NCBI RefSeq assembly: GCF_009914755.1
Contig: NC_060930.1
Source of the DNA: the human T2T-CHM13v2.0 reference genome, Homo sapiens
Length of the DNA: 64,000 nucleotides
Direction: 5' to 3' (one strand)
In this document: one piece after another, positions 28,554 through 44,000 of the stretch
Layout: each line of letters begins with the position of its first letter
Numbering within the stretch: position 1 is the first letter of the stretch
Notes under the pieces: model-generated
What the model saw: only the letters and a program-made list of their open reading frames with translations
Told to the model about the DNA's origin: nothing
Database searches by the model: none
Program-made: the position numbers and the translations under genes

Positions 28554-29129
28554 TTACCTCACTTATTTCTTATTCAGTGCTAAGTGTAGAGTAAGAAAGC
28601 GATGAATATATTAACTTTAAACAATTTTACCCTAAAGGAGGTGTTACGAAATCTAAAGGCTTTGAGCATAAAATATCAAAATAAAACTCATGAAGACAGA
28701 AAGAAAATTACTGAAATCAATGGATGTTACTTTCATAGCATAGGAAGAACAGATCTTTGGTGTCTTAGGTTACTTGATATTCCCATTTAAAAATCAGATG
28801 CCCTGCACTAACTAAGTTTAATTCATAAACAACTGATTTTTTTCAGGTTACACTCTAGAACAGATGCTGCCATTTAATGCACATTAAACATCTTTTTCAT
28901 TCACATGGAGACCTAAGGAGTTAGTTTTTACAGCCTGCGTCATTACCATTTACCTTGAGTTTAATGCCACTTATGTTCTATGATTCTGGAGATCAAGTCT
29001 CATTGTACACTGCTTTTAATTTTACCACTCCGATTATGATAATAGCCTAGAACAAGTTTCACAAGAGTATTTCCTGGCTTCTATGTGTTTTTCTCCATTG
29101 CTGAAAAGGTCATACATGTATATGAAATG

Positions 29130-29345
29130 CCTTAGTGAACAGGCTGTGGAATCAGACTACAGGTAACTTAGTGCAAGTTACTTAACATCCACAGACATCC
29201 TTCCCAAATCTATGAAATGAGAAAAACAAAAAACTAGTATCTACCTTATAGAGTTGAATTAAGGATAAAATAAGATGCGATAATAGAAAGTACATAGAAA
29301 ATTACCTGGCAAACTTTATGAATAAAATGTAGTTATTAACTTTAT
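29130..29345 (+). mobile_element. MIR
   Basis: ggctgtggaatcagact...gcaagttacttaac...tctatgaaatgag...tatctaccttatagagttg. Confidence 0.75.
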
Positions 29346-31187
29346 TGTAGTTGTATATTAGTGGTCCACTAGCATTATCACTTATAAAAATAAAACCCTT
29401 GAGAGTTTTGGGAAGAATCGTTTAGTTTTGTTGTTGTTTCTTTTTCTTTCCCCAAACCCAATTAAGTGTTTGGCTGTTTATCCATCTTCTACTCCCTCTG
29501 TAGAAAATAAAAGCATTGAGTTTTGATTTTCAAAATGTCAAGCTAAATAATTTTGGGAAAAAAGCATGATTTCTGGATTACTTTGCCCATTTTCAGGTGC
29601 TTGAAAAAATGTGTGTGTAAAGCGCTAGGAAAAACAACTAACTTGAAAAAAAAAAGCACTAAAATCTAATAGAAGTGTGACATATAGAAAACTACACAAA
29701 AGAATAGACAATGCTGCTAAACACAAAGCTTTTCCTCTAAACCAAATCCCTTGGGCCTACCCACTCATTTTCATACATGAATGCAAACTGTCTTTTTATC
29801 TACAAGTGAAATTCTCAATATATCATTTAACATTAGTACTGAATATTTCAATAATTCTTTTGAATGTAAAACTATGGGGAGAATTGTTTAAAAAGTTTAG
29901 TCGTTTATTTATCTTCAATATAAATGAGAGCTCAAGCACATTTCTAGCACCCAAATGTCATGATCAAACTGTAGCTATTTATAACATTCCAATATACTTT
30001 AATTCTTTCTTGGAATATTTTAGTATTTTTTTGTAAAGGTAAATAAAAAAGAATTTGGTAAGTATAAATGATCTGAGGGCCTAACAGAGGTACTTTACTA
30101 TAAATTCTTCAAAACTGGGTTTAAAGAAATATCCACTTGGCTAATTTTTGGATTGTTCTGAAATTAGAATGATTTGTCTTAAATACAAGACAACATAGCT
30201 AGACATTTACTAATACATTCTGATAAATAACCAAAATTAAGCAATCCATGTAATTATACTTCAACAACTGATGCTACTCATAACTTGCTAGTACATGTTT
30301 ATCTCATATAGTATTATATAATATATAAGTATATAAATTGTTTGTTTTTAGAAGAAATTTATAGCATAAATGGAAGGCCTTAAGAAAATCATGAAAATGT
30401 GGTACTCAGCAATTACAGTATGACAGTTTCACCTTTTCCTTTTCTTCTTTTACATGCTTTGAGAACACATTGTTTGTATACATTTTCTAAGGAAAACTAT
30501 AATTCAATTCTCTGATGCACCAAGGCATAATGTATACCAGGAATACATATTTTAAAAATATTTTGAAACACTTCCCCTAAAGCAGAATAATGTATTAATT
30601 CCTCTAGCCCAAAGCTGTATAATGTAAAAAGTGATGGAGAAATAAATTGTATTTCTTCAAGGTCTTTAAAATTATTTGTATTTGAGTAAAAAACATATAA
30701 TTTTAAGTAAAAGAATGATCAGTTATTTCATCAAAGTTAAAATAAAGAAAAAGTGTTTGTATATCAATTTGCCTTAAGTTACATACATACTATGTCATCA
30801 AACTTCTTTTAAAAATGTAACAAAAATATCTGTATTAAATCATAATACTTGTAACAATTTGAGAGATGAAGATTTTCAAGTGTCTCTAATAGAAAACTTG
30901 ACTCTCTCAGAGTGGATCTGCATCATTGGACAAGGATTCACATGGAGAGGTATAATTGAGATGGCACCTCCTGATGAGCAAGACAGCAGTCCCCTACATG
31001 GGCACATGCCAAGGACTGTGTCACGAGAGGCCTCTATTTTCTCCTTGACATAATCATATTTCTTTTCATTTGTCAACCATCTCATCATTGCAATTTGCTT
31101 TTAATTTTACATGGATCAGAAAGTGATCTCTCAACCATTTGATTATGTCCCAGGCCATGCCAAAAACAAACCAAATCCCTAAATAGC

Positions 31188-31190
<3 letters not shown>

Positions 31191-31238
<48 letters not shown>
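31191..31238. repeat. (AC)24 perfect microsatellite
   Basis: Direct count. Confidence 0.98.
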
Positions 31239-31241
<3 letters not shown>

Positions 31242-31499
31242 TTTCACTCAGAATTAGTTATTCCTAAAGCACATTCTTTAAGTGCCAACATTGTTTTAGT
31301 GTTTGTATTGACTTTTTAAAAATCGTACTAAGTTTAGTGTTTCCCTCATATGACGCTAAAATAACAAGCTAATACAGTCATTTTAGTGAATAAAAAATAG
31401 CTAAGACATTATCAATAAAAATGCAATAAAATAACAAAAGAAGAAAAAATTTGACTGTTGATTGTACCTAGTGCAGAAAAAGAGAGTAGAGGCAACAAG

Positions 31500-31750
31500 G
31501 TACGTACTATGTGCCATGGAAAAAGCTTTATATATATTATTTCATTTAGTACCCATAAGAACTCTAAATGGCAGATTTCCCTTGCTAAATTTTACAAAAG
31601 AGGAAATTGACTAACTTACTGATAGGGGATTGAATAATGTATTGATAGTACCTCTGGTGAGGTACCTTGCCATAACCTGTCTTCACCTGGCCAGAATTCA
31701 AATTCAGTTTTGACAGATGCAAAAACAATATTCTCTTTAACACTGCACAG
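31500..31750 (-). mobile_element. MIR
   Basis: tactatgtgcca...atttcatttagtacccata...attttacaaaagaggaaattga. Confidence 0.7.
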
Positions 31751-31806
31751 AGTTTACATTTAAAAATCTGGAAATTGTAAGTAATGATATACAAAGAATT
31801 TCCCAG

Positions 31807-32172
31807 TGTTGTGGTCTGCTTGGGCTTCCATAAACTATCATAGTCTGGGTGGTTTCCAGAGCAGAAATATATTTCTCACAGTTCTGGAGGCTGGGAATCT
31901 GAGATTGGGGTGATAGCAAGGGCAGGTTCTGATGAGGTACCTCTTCCAGATTACAGATAGCTGCCTTCTATTTTTGTCCTTACACGACAGAGAATGAGCT
32001 AGTTCACATCTCTTTCTCTGATAAGGACACTAATATAACAGGTGTTGCATCCTTATACTACATTTAAACCTAATTGTTTCCCCAAACTCTGACCTCCAAA
32101 TGCCATCTCAATGGAGTAGAGGGCTTCAACATATGGATTTTGGGGGAACACAAACATTTAGCTCATAATACA
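31807..32172 (-). mobile_element. MaLR LTR (MLT1A/MSTD-like)
   Basis: atttctcacagttctggaggctgggaatct...gcttcaacatatggattttgggggaacacaaacatt. Confidence 0.85.
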
Positions 32173-33027
32173 CAGAACAGAATGATAATTTCCAAGAACA
32201 TTTAAAAAAAACTACCATGTGTCAATGATTATATTTAATTTATACTGTTAAAACAATAGCTTGTAAAACAATATTAGAGTAGCAAAATGCAAATGAACAG
32301 CCTCATCAGCCTTCTAAATGAGTCCTATGCTTGTCATACTTGCCCTTTTACAAGTTTCAAAAGTTTGAAATGTAAAATTAATTATGATTTTCAATGTAAC
32401 CCACATACATTATTAATAATTGTTACATTATTAATGGCTCACACCTGCACAAGGATTGTTCTGATACAGTTGTCTTATCTACCTTATTTTTAAGTTGTAT
32501 TCATTATTTACATATGTTAAATGTGTTTTTAAACTTAATACTCTTTTCTTGCTATATGACAACAATTTAAAAAGGTATCAATGTCTCAGAATTGGTTCAT
32601 CAAGACTAAAAATGGTAATGAACATAAGCTAGCTCCTTACCATAACGACAGAGTCCAGTGTCAAAATATAATGTGAATCTCTTTGTGCTAGAACAAGCAG
32701 TGATAGAAAGACAAGAAAGGAAGCACAACTTAAATACTTGAAAACTTGGATTTTCTTATACTGGTGATCCATTCATACCTAGAGCTCAGTGAACTGTTGG
32801 TAATAAAATATTTTGAAATAGTGGGCTAAATCTATTGACTTTTTCACCATTTTCAAAACAAGCCCAGTAACCTCTGTAGTAAAGCAAACAACTGTTTATA
32901 GAACAAGAACAAAACATTTTCCATGATATAATTGATAATTTTATTCCCCCAAAATGAGAAAGGATGAAAAAACAGAGACTTCAATTGATTCTCTCATAAG
33001 TAAAGCAAGTGTATACACACTACTTTT

Positions 33028-33344
33028 TTGGGGGGGGAGGAGGAGAGACAGGCTCTTGCTCTGTTGCCCTAGCTGGAAATCAATGGCTCAATCATAGCTC
33101 ACCTTAATCTGGAAATACTGGGCTTAAGCAATCCTCCTGCCTCAGTCTCCTGAGTGTCTAATACTACAGGTATGCACCACCATGTTGATTTGTTTTATTT
33201 TTTGGGGCTACTTATTTTTATTTTTGTGGAGACAGGGTCTCACTATCTTGTCCAGACTGGTCTTAAACTTCTGGCCTCGAGCAGTCCTCCCATCTTGGTC
33301 TCCAAAAATGCTAGGATTACAGGTGTGAGCCACCATGCCCAACC
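33028..33344 (-). mobile_element. AluJ
   Basis: Diverged dimer (atcatagctcac, aagcaatcctcctgcctcag); TSD acactactttt at 33017-33027 and 33350-33360. Confidence 0.93.
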
Positions 33345-34789
33345 TATCAACACTACTTTTGAGTTGGCCCCTGATAAAATTAATGATAAATATTATGCAC
33401 TCAAAGAATCAGGACACCCTATTTACAAAATGTCTACATCAATGAACAATGCTAGACATTGTCTAATGTCAAGGTAGAGGAGCCATACAATGTGGAAAAG
33501 TTATCAATCCCTGTCTTTTGGAAGTAGTAGCCGACGTTTCATTTAACAGCTGAACAAGCCATTAATGTGCAGAGGATATGCTCTTGATAGATGTGCAGAA
33601 TCAGCTTCAGGGCAAAAGGCTCCATATCTTTTGGTACCAGTCACCCCATAGAGCTAGGACTACATATGCAGGTGGATTCAACACTAGAGGAGCACAGATA
33701 TTTATGCAGAAGGGAAAGTTGGCACTTTGAAGATAGAAGTAAAAAAAAAAAATGTCAATATAGATATTTCATTCATTTGAGAAGAGCCAAGAGTCAAGCA
33801 CAGTACTGTCTGAGCTTGATTCAGTGTTGAAGAAAATGATCAAAAACAGTGAATATAACCATATATTTTCAGTGTATTGAGTGAAAAAATGAGGAATGAA
33901 TGCAAGACTGCCTTGCCAAACTGAAGTATGTTGACTCTCAAGGGGAAACAAGCTCACATGGGTTTTCAAAATGAAGGTTGAGATTAACACATTCCTTGCT
34001 GACACAAATGCTATTTAAGACCATTTGAATTATTTCAGGTGGTGTGCCCAAATAGTCCAATTCAGCAATCTTTTCAATTTACTGACTGTCAGGACCTACA
34101 TATCACCACGTCTGATGGTGAGGATCGGCAGTTCAAATGACACAATTGTTGCAAGCTTAACTCTAATCTACAACAACATCACAATAGTTTTCTATATTTT
34201 TGAGAAAGCAAGTGATGTCCTATCGGTAGGCATATTTAAAAATGCATCCACTGCTATAACCAAATATGAAAACAAATTTCAACTCCTGAATGCAACCAAA
34301 GACCATGTAAAAATCTATTTATCATTATATCCTAAGTTAATACATTTAACCTTCTAGCTTTTCAGTCAGACATGCTTGCCAACTTAGACGCTGACAGTTT
34401 GCCAAAAGTACTTTCCAGTAAAACATCTCTTCACTATTTCTGGTTTAACCCTAGATCCAAACATCCAGAACTGCCAGTAACTAAATATCTGCTAGAGATC
34501 ATTCTTGTTGACCTGTAATTATGGAAGTATTTACTAAGTTAGAGGAAATAAAGAATAAGAGAAAAAACAGACTAGCTGTAGAACTTAAACTGTATCTCAG
34601 AATATTCCTCTTAAATCTGCATACAAATGACAGTAAAAATTGCTATTTTACATCATTTTTCTGATATGAAACAAATATCATTTTTATCTGGAAATGTAGT
34701 TTTATGCTTACTTAAAATGTACCTATAACTGGGTTTTCTAAGTTATAGGAACACACCTCCCTCCATGAGAGTCACTCTCTCTCACCCAA

Positions 34790-35085
34790 CCACCCCATCT
34801 GGCTAACTCTTCTTAATTATCCTTTGATATCACTCAGCTCAGGTGCTCTCCAGGATTCTTTATTTGATTCCATATCTTCTCCATGCTCAGTTAGATGCCT
34901 TTATAATGCTTTGTGATATGGGTATGGATCTCGCATTTTTAGATGATCAGTTTATATGCTTGTCTCTACTACTGGAGTGAGGGCACTTCTCATTTCTTTT
35001 CTATTTTTATATTTCCAGAACCTAACATGATATCTAACACATAACAGGTGTATCTGTGAATGACTTATGATTGAATGAATGCTTA
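34790..35085 (+). mobile_element. L2 3' end
   Basis: ctggctaactct...cagctcaggtg...ccagaacctaacatga...tgattgaatgaatg. Confidence 0.7.
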
Positions 35086-36532
35086 ATTTTACCTGTGAAG
35101 ATGGAGGGGAGGGTGCTGAAAAAGGTTTTACAGCTTTCATGAATTTATTCTTCTAATGTTATTACCACTCTTACTATCCATGTCTGAGCATGAATAGCAA
35201 ACTAAATCTTGATAAGACAGAGAGCTGGTTGTGAGGGCTAGTTACAGATTTGCTCAACAAATATGTTAATTTTAGAAACTGACTTTTACTTAGTATCCAA
35301 ACTTTTTACTATAGCATTCTTAATGTGTATTTTATTTTAATGACACTAGCATTTACTTCAGTACTTAGTTTGAATCACACTGCAGAGAAATTTAGTAAAG
35401 AGAATGGAAAATATAGGTAAAAATATGTAAAAACTGCATGCATGGCTAGTACATATGATACAGTTTCTTTAAGTGAATATTATAACTTTCTTGGATGGAA
35501 AGACATTAAAAAGAAAAATAAGGTATTGAATCATCAGTACTTTTTATGTTAATATGAGATCTCAGCATTTGATTTTAGGATGGAGAGAACACAATTTAGT
35601 AAATTACAATGAATTCTTATTTGCTCAGCAAAGGGAAAACACTTAGGAAAACTGTGGTACAATAAAAGCATGTGACAGAGGAAACATAAATCTAAGTGTA
35701 TCACAGTTTCAGAGCTCTGGAAGAGCTCTTGACAGGTTGTCTGGGCTGGCAATTGCCCTGCCTTGGCAAGTTCATTTTCAAAACACAACAGACAAATGCT
35801 TGTGTGTACTTACAAAATATCTCTAGGGGAAGAGGAGTCATAATCCCCCTTAATAATTCACTAAGCTTTCCGAACATGGAAGCTAAATATAGTTTAGCAC
35901 ATAGAGTTCAGAGGCCATATTCTTTTGCTTTCACTTTGTTGGTGAATTAGAATAGCCTGGTTAACTGGGTAAATGCAGTTTGATTTCTTACAGGCAACTC
36001 AAACTCATGTCGGTAACTGAATTCATCTTTCCTATCTCTTTTTCCAAAGGATTCTTCCTTCTACAGTCATCTACTCACTTACTCAAACCTGAGAGTCATC
36101 CTGCATATGATAGTTGTTCCTCTCTTCCATACACTTACATCAAATAAAACTCCAAATCTTGCCATTTGTTACTCTGAAATTATCCATCCTCACGATTCTG
36201 AGACCTCATCAAGAGGAATGACATAGCCTCCTAACTAATCTCTTCGCCTCCAGTTCTATCAGCCTTCCCTTTGTTTCTAATTACACCAGAAAATTCTCAG
36301 TATATTAGTTATACAAAGACAGACACAAAATGTATCTATGGTATTGAGCCAAGTAACTGTATACAGATAGAATATACATATGTACACAGACAGAAGAAAA
36401 AAACTTGAAAGAATTATACCAGTGTTAACAGTTAGTTGTTGCTTTGTGCACATACATAATTTCTAATATAAGCATGTATTATAAATTACATAAATATATA
36501 TAAGAAATTATATATATAAAATAACATATATA

Positions 36533-36832
36533 TAGTCAGTTCTCAATACCTGCAGGTTCTGCATCTACAGATTCAACCAACCATGGGTTGAAAATATTTG
36601 GAAAAAAATTAAAAAATACAAATAAAAATACAGTATAACAACTATTTACATACCATTTACATTTTATAAGTATTATAAATAATGTGGAGAAAATTTAAAG
36701 TATATAGGAGGATATGCTCAGGTTACATGAAAATATTACACCATTTTGTGTAAGGGACTTGAGCATCTGCAGATTTTGTGATCCATGGGGGTCCCAGAAC
36801 CAATTCCTTGTGTATATTGAAAGACAGTTGTA
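36533..36832 (+). mobile_element. Tigger3a-like TcMar MITE
   Basis: gattcaaccaaccatgggttgaaaatattt, tacagtataacaactatttacata, aagggacttgagcatctgcagatttt; ends cagttg followed by TA. Confidence 0.85.
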
Positions 36833-37235
36833 AATATAAACACCAATTCTCCTGCCTTGGCAAGATCATTTTCAAATCCCAGTAAACAAATGCTTCTGTG
36901 TACTTAAAAAACACCTCACAAGGAAGAAGTCACAGTCCTCTAAATACATACAAAGTATACACACACGGACACATGTATACATAAGTGCACACACATATAT
37001 ATACTATCCTTAATTACAGAATGTATCTTTATGGTATCCAACAGTGTTTGAGTAAAACTGTGATTAATGTTATAAAAGAAAACTGTAAAGAACTATGACA
37101 ACATATAACAAGAAAGCCTTGATTGATAATAAGGCATCAAGTAAGGCTTCCTTGAAGAAAGACCATTTGAGTTGCATTTTGAAGGCTAAGAGGCAGGAGT
37201 TGATTACTTAGAGGTTTGTGGGGTGTATTCCAGAT

Positions 37236-37908
<673 letters not shown>

Positions 37909-39769
37909 GGTATACAGCTCAGAGTAAAGACCCAGAGACAGAGCAGACCCAGAGGGGCCACTGAAATAAAGGCATGCCAGGAGCAAAAAGAAAGGCAGGT
38001 ATAAGTGGCATTTATGTCAACTTGTGCTATATATGTAAGTATCACAGACTTTGTTTTTCTTCAGCCATTCTTTTGTTTATACATGTGTCTTATTCTGCGA
38101 TTAAAAAAAAAATTAAACCAAAACACAGTCCCCCAGGGTGATATTCCTAAAATGCAATCCCATTATGTCACTCCTCTACTCTCTGTCACATTCAAGGTAA
38201 TGCCAATCATCCCAGGACATATATCAAGCACTTGGCATTCTGGCCAACTTCCAGCTACTGGACTGCACCCAGCACCATACCCCAAAATCATACAGGTCTC
38301 CAGCCAGCCTGAACAGCTCAGCATACCTGACTGGACACAGTCATTTACTCTTGGTTTCTAAGTCAAACACATATGTCCCCTAGGATCCTCTGGCTCATAC
38401 ATGTAGGACATTCAGAAGCAATGTCCCACTTCTGTAGCAAGTGTTCTAGGAAATGTACCTTCTATAGCCACATATAAAATTGGAAGTGCTCACCCTTTCT
38501 CCACTTTCCCACACATGTCTCCTTGGTACAACTGAAACAGACACTTATGTAAAAATGTACAGAATGTCAAAAACATATAGACAGGTATACAGCCACAAGA
38601 GTAATGATTTTATTATAAAAAGCTGATCATAAAAATAAAATTAGGAAGCAAGTGGTATATAATAAAAGCCATATAAGAGTAATTAAGGGAGTGAAGAGAT
38701 AAATTTCACACTAAAGTTTTATAGATGCTTTTTTCCATCATTAAAATGGGAATGCTAATCCCTATATTACAAGCTTTCAAGGTTTAAATGACTTAGAATA
38801 ACAGATATAAAAGGGATTTCAAAAAGTAATATATGATATACATTTTATTATTAGTTTATAACTTATAATTAAAACCTGAATGTTAATGTTCACATGGTAT
38901 TACAGTGAACAAGTCTTATTTTAAGATAATCAGATACAGATGGAAAATAAGTGAATTTCCTATTAAATACATCCTTCTTTTACTCTCCCATATTTAATGC
39001 ATACTAGTCACTAACTTGAAAATGTGTTTTTTATCTGCAAAATCAACACACAGAGCGGTATACATTCACAAGTAAACACCCTCTCCACTTCACCCTGAAT
39101 CCTCACTAAAGCCCTCCTTAACATTCCTCCCCAAAACTACTCACAGACTATTGCTTATATGTGAAAATCACAGCTTATCTCAATCATTTGTTACATTTTA
39201 CAAGATTTCTTCTACTTCTGTTACACTTGATACTCCTAATTATATCTTCTATACTTGATGGTCTAATCTGCCTTTTATTTACAATGTCAGTTACTGGTCA
39301 GGGATGGATTAAGGTTAACAGGGACACAGTATTATCTAAATTTAGATTTAGGACCTACAACCTCTTAGAAATGAATTTTCTATGCTTCTTATCTTTATTT
39401 AATTTAGAATTAATTAGTTTTATCTATACTTAATATTTGAAATGTAGTACAGATATAATCTGACCCTTATTTGAAATATCAGGCCATTTGATTTATTCTT
39501 GGATTATGAAAACATCGTGCTACAGATACATGTGAATATATTGATAACTATATATCTCTGGAAAAATCAGATGTCTTCACAAAATTTTTTCAACAATAAG
39601 ATGTGTCACAACCAAAGAGGGACAGATAAGATTTGGCAGATAAGACATGGTGCAACCAAAGAGACAAGAATCCAAAGCTTGGGTAAAAATAATCTATTCT
39701 TTCTAAGACTGCAAAGGAAATCCACATCCCTATACCTATATCAGCAATCAACAATATGGTGCAGTGGAT

Positions 39770-39885
39770 TAGAGGAGAGTTGTGGAATTTGTTATATTCC
39801 AATCTGGATCCACGAATAACCAGGTGAACATTGGCAAGGTATGTAATCTTTCTAAGCCTCAATTCATTCATCTGTAAAATGCAGG
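39770..39885 (+). mobile_element. MIR fragment
   Basis: ttggcaaggtatgtaatctttctaagcctcaattcattcatctgtaaaatg. Confidence 0.75.
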
Positions 39886-39985
39886 TAGAGAAAAGATCTT
39901 GTGTTGAGCAATCATTTATGAAGAGACAAAATTGTCATTACTGAAACCTAATTTCAAAATATTCCCATTAATATATAAACTAATA

Positions 39986-40302
<317 letters not shown>

Positions 40303-40720
40303 CTAATTAATGGGAATAGCAAATCTATGTTGATGAACAAGGATATGTCAATTCCAGATTTATGGATTACAGCGTTCAATACCCCCTAAAGCTCCTCTAG
40401 GAAGAAATAAGTTCTGTAAAACCCAGTTTGAAAAGCATTTTCCTATGTTAGTGTTAGAGAGATTGTAATTTGGAGTGCTAAGCAATATATCTTCAATAAC
40501 AATGGGGCAAATCAAATTGATTAGGTAATGCTTCCGCAAGGAGTATAACATTTACAATCGCACGACATAAACTTTAGAAGAATCTGAAATTAGTAAGTTT
40601 GAATCCATTGGCAACAAAAATAGTTGTTCCCCTAATATAACATTTTATAATCTGCTGTATTTAAATGCTGCAGTTTTCTGTATTTTTTAGTCTCCAGCTT
40701 AATTCATTTTTATCAATTAA

Positions 40721-41098
<378 letters not shown>

Positions 41099-44000
41099 TA
41101 ATTCATTTTTTTGTGACAGGATAAACATGATCCAAGAACCAATAAATGCACAAACTCAACAAGAAGTCGTCCTCATTATGGAAAACACAAGAAACCCACT
41201 CATCATGCAAAGATTCTTTGATTATGAAATGCTCATAGGCAAACAACAATAATACCAATACATAATAGTCATAGTGACCTATGACTCAAATAACTTCATT
41301 TGCTCTTCTATCCATCAGAGTTTTTGGTGAAGGGATCTATAGCATGATTTGCACCTAATGGGAACAAAGCTAGGTCACCGTGGACTTACATGGTGGCGTG
41401 TCTGTGTTGCACAAATACCCTGGCACCTGCCTTAGCCATCCAATCCCAATTTTGGAAGAAACTATGCATGCACATATTTTTTCTCTAATATGGCCACTTC
41501 TGCTGACAAATACAGGACGTAGAATTCAGAAAAGCAGGAAGAATGCTGAATTTTACACACCACTTTTTACATTAACAATAAAACTAAAGAAGTTTTCCCT
41601 TAACAATTTCCTTTGAACCATGAACACAGGAAAGCCACATGTTTGGAAAGGACTGTTTTGAGTTTGGTGTTTATAATGACCTCTGAATTTTTTTAAAAAT
41701 GTGGTTTTTCTTTTAGCTATGTTCTTAATCTATTCTTGTTACTGGTATGAGACAAAATGATGACATCAGCAAAATATCTCCAGCTTGCCTTCTGACTCAT
41801 TAATAGATTTCATGCTACCAGTATTAAAATTGATCCTGAGGGCAACCCCAACATTAACCTTTTTCCACTTGAGAAATCTGCCACACATTTCTCAGCTGCT
41901 TCCTATTTATTCTATGGTTTTAATCTGAGAAGAAAATTTTCCTCTTAATCCTTGGTCATTCACTTTCCTTAGGTTTATCTTGTAAAAAACTTTTTCGGAA
42001 GTTCTGAACACTGGAAGTCTAAACTGCAATAGCACTTTCTTTCCCATAGAACATCTGCCAGTTGACTTCATTTACTGCATTTCTCTCAGGTGAGCTTCCA
42101 TTTAGTCTTGAAAAGAACAGTGAGAAACATTATTTAAATGCTCTAATAGCATAAATCAGCTGTTTCTGAAAAGCCAGGTGAAGATACTAAGTGACATGCG
42201 TAAATTTAAATTTCACCTATTGGCTAAATAACATATAATCTAGTAATTAAATGGAATCTAAGCTAGTAAAGTATATTTACAGGGTCTTGATTCTCTCCAG
42301 TAATAAAAACATACCTAAAAACATAAGTTAAAAAAACTTAAACATAACTAAACAAATAACAAACAACACAAGCCATGGATGTGTTTTTTGGTTTTTTTTT
42401 TAAATTTACATTCCTTTGATTCCTGTTTCTTTACATTAAATTTCAAAGATCAAAATGAATTGTATTAGATATTGTTACTTAAGTCCCAATTTTACTCTCC
42501 AATGAAGAATGCAAACATCTCCTAAAATATAAAAGGTTTTGAATATTGACATTCTTGCTAAAACATATTTCACAAACTTCTTTAGGTGTAATGAAAAATT
42601 CAAAATTATATAATAGAAGTTTGAAAATATTTTCTCAAAGGATTTATTTCTAATAGTGCTGCTGACTTTGCCAGTTATTTCCAGGAATAAGCTACAGTTG
42701 TCTCTGATAAAATAATAGCTAAAAAAATAAATTTACTCAAGGACCAAATTGGCTTTGTCTCAAAAGAGAAAGACTTCTGTTGTATACAGGTTTCTCAATC
42801 ATGGTTACTTCTCCTTTCACATTAACTCCAGGATATCATGATAAGGTTAAGTATAATGGAAAACCAGTAACTGCAATGCTTAGGAGAATAGCTTCAAAAA
42901 TATTTATGCTAGATATTCTCTATTTTCAAATGAACCGATGGACATATTTTAAAAATTAAGGAAAGTTTGGATGTATTCAGCAATAGCTATATACCAGGCA
43001 ATTATTTAGGTGCTTTATGTGTCATTTTCTTTGGTTCCTACAACAACCACACAAAATAGTTCCTATCCTTCTCTTTGTATTAAAAATAAGGTTAAATGTT
43101 TTTTCCAGTCTCAGTGTTTCAGGAAGAAGTCTGATTCTTCAGTATTCCATTGTAATCCAATGAAATCTGAAAAAAAGTTAACTGAAAGAAATGTTGTTAA
43201 CTAATTTCCCTGTAACTTTTCAATTTGATAATATTTTGTTATCATTATATAATTTTAAACTTAATCCTACTTTCAAGCACGACTAATATTAATTTTTTGC
43301 ATGTCAATTCTAGTTTTTCCTATGCAAATCTATTCTTATAGACATGATTAGAATTGATATTATATTACTACTAATAATTTTGGTGTTTCAAATAATATGT
43401 AAAAATTGTATTCTTAAAGGTATTCTATGTAGGACAGCTTTCTTCTTTTAACAATTCTCACCTCAGAAACTTCTGAATGTTTCCAATCTAAAACGAGAGT
43501 ATCATGAAACATAAATGTTTATCTCTATTTGAGGCTCTTTATTTTGAATATAGTAATCCCACTACTGGAAATCTATCAAAAAGACAGCATACACACTGCC
43601 ACATGGCAATTTGTGACAAAGGTTAAATGCTAAGGAATTACCAAACTCATAAGCCAGAAACCAGGGAAGATTAAAAGTGTTTCCTTATGGTTGTATTTTA
43701 TGTATGTATTGCTTATGGAAAAATTTCTTTACTTATTGAATATTAATCATGATAAAGGCAGAAAAGTATAATATTCTTAACTGCACAAGAAAAAGAAGAA
43801 AATGAAACATCAGGTGTGTTGGAGAATATCTTAGACAAAGAAGTCAAAACTTAAACTCCAGTTTAAATTTTTTTAAGGAAGTATTTCAACATGTACTTAA
43901 TTTCAATTGTTATAGGGAATATAACGCTAAAGTAAAATTATGGCATATTTCACTAAAATGACATTTCTACTACTAAAAACCTAACTTTTCATTACAGGGG

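Noticed and set aside
34025-34357. 110-aa ORF outside obvious repeats (also 29677-30036, 38005-38361, 39499-39819)
   Set aside because: Non-ATG starts, composition typical of AT-rich DNA, no recognisable domain; compatible with chance.
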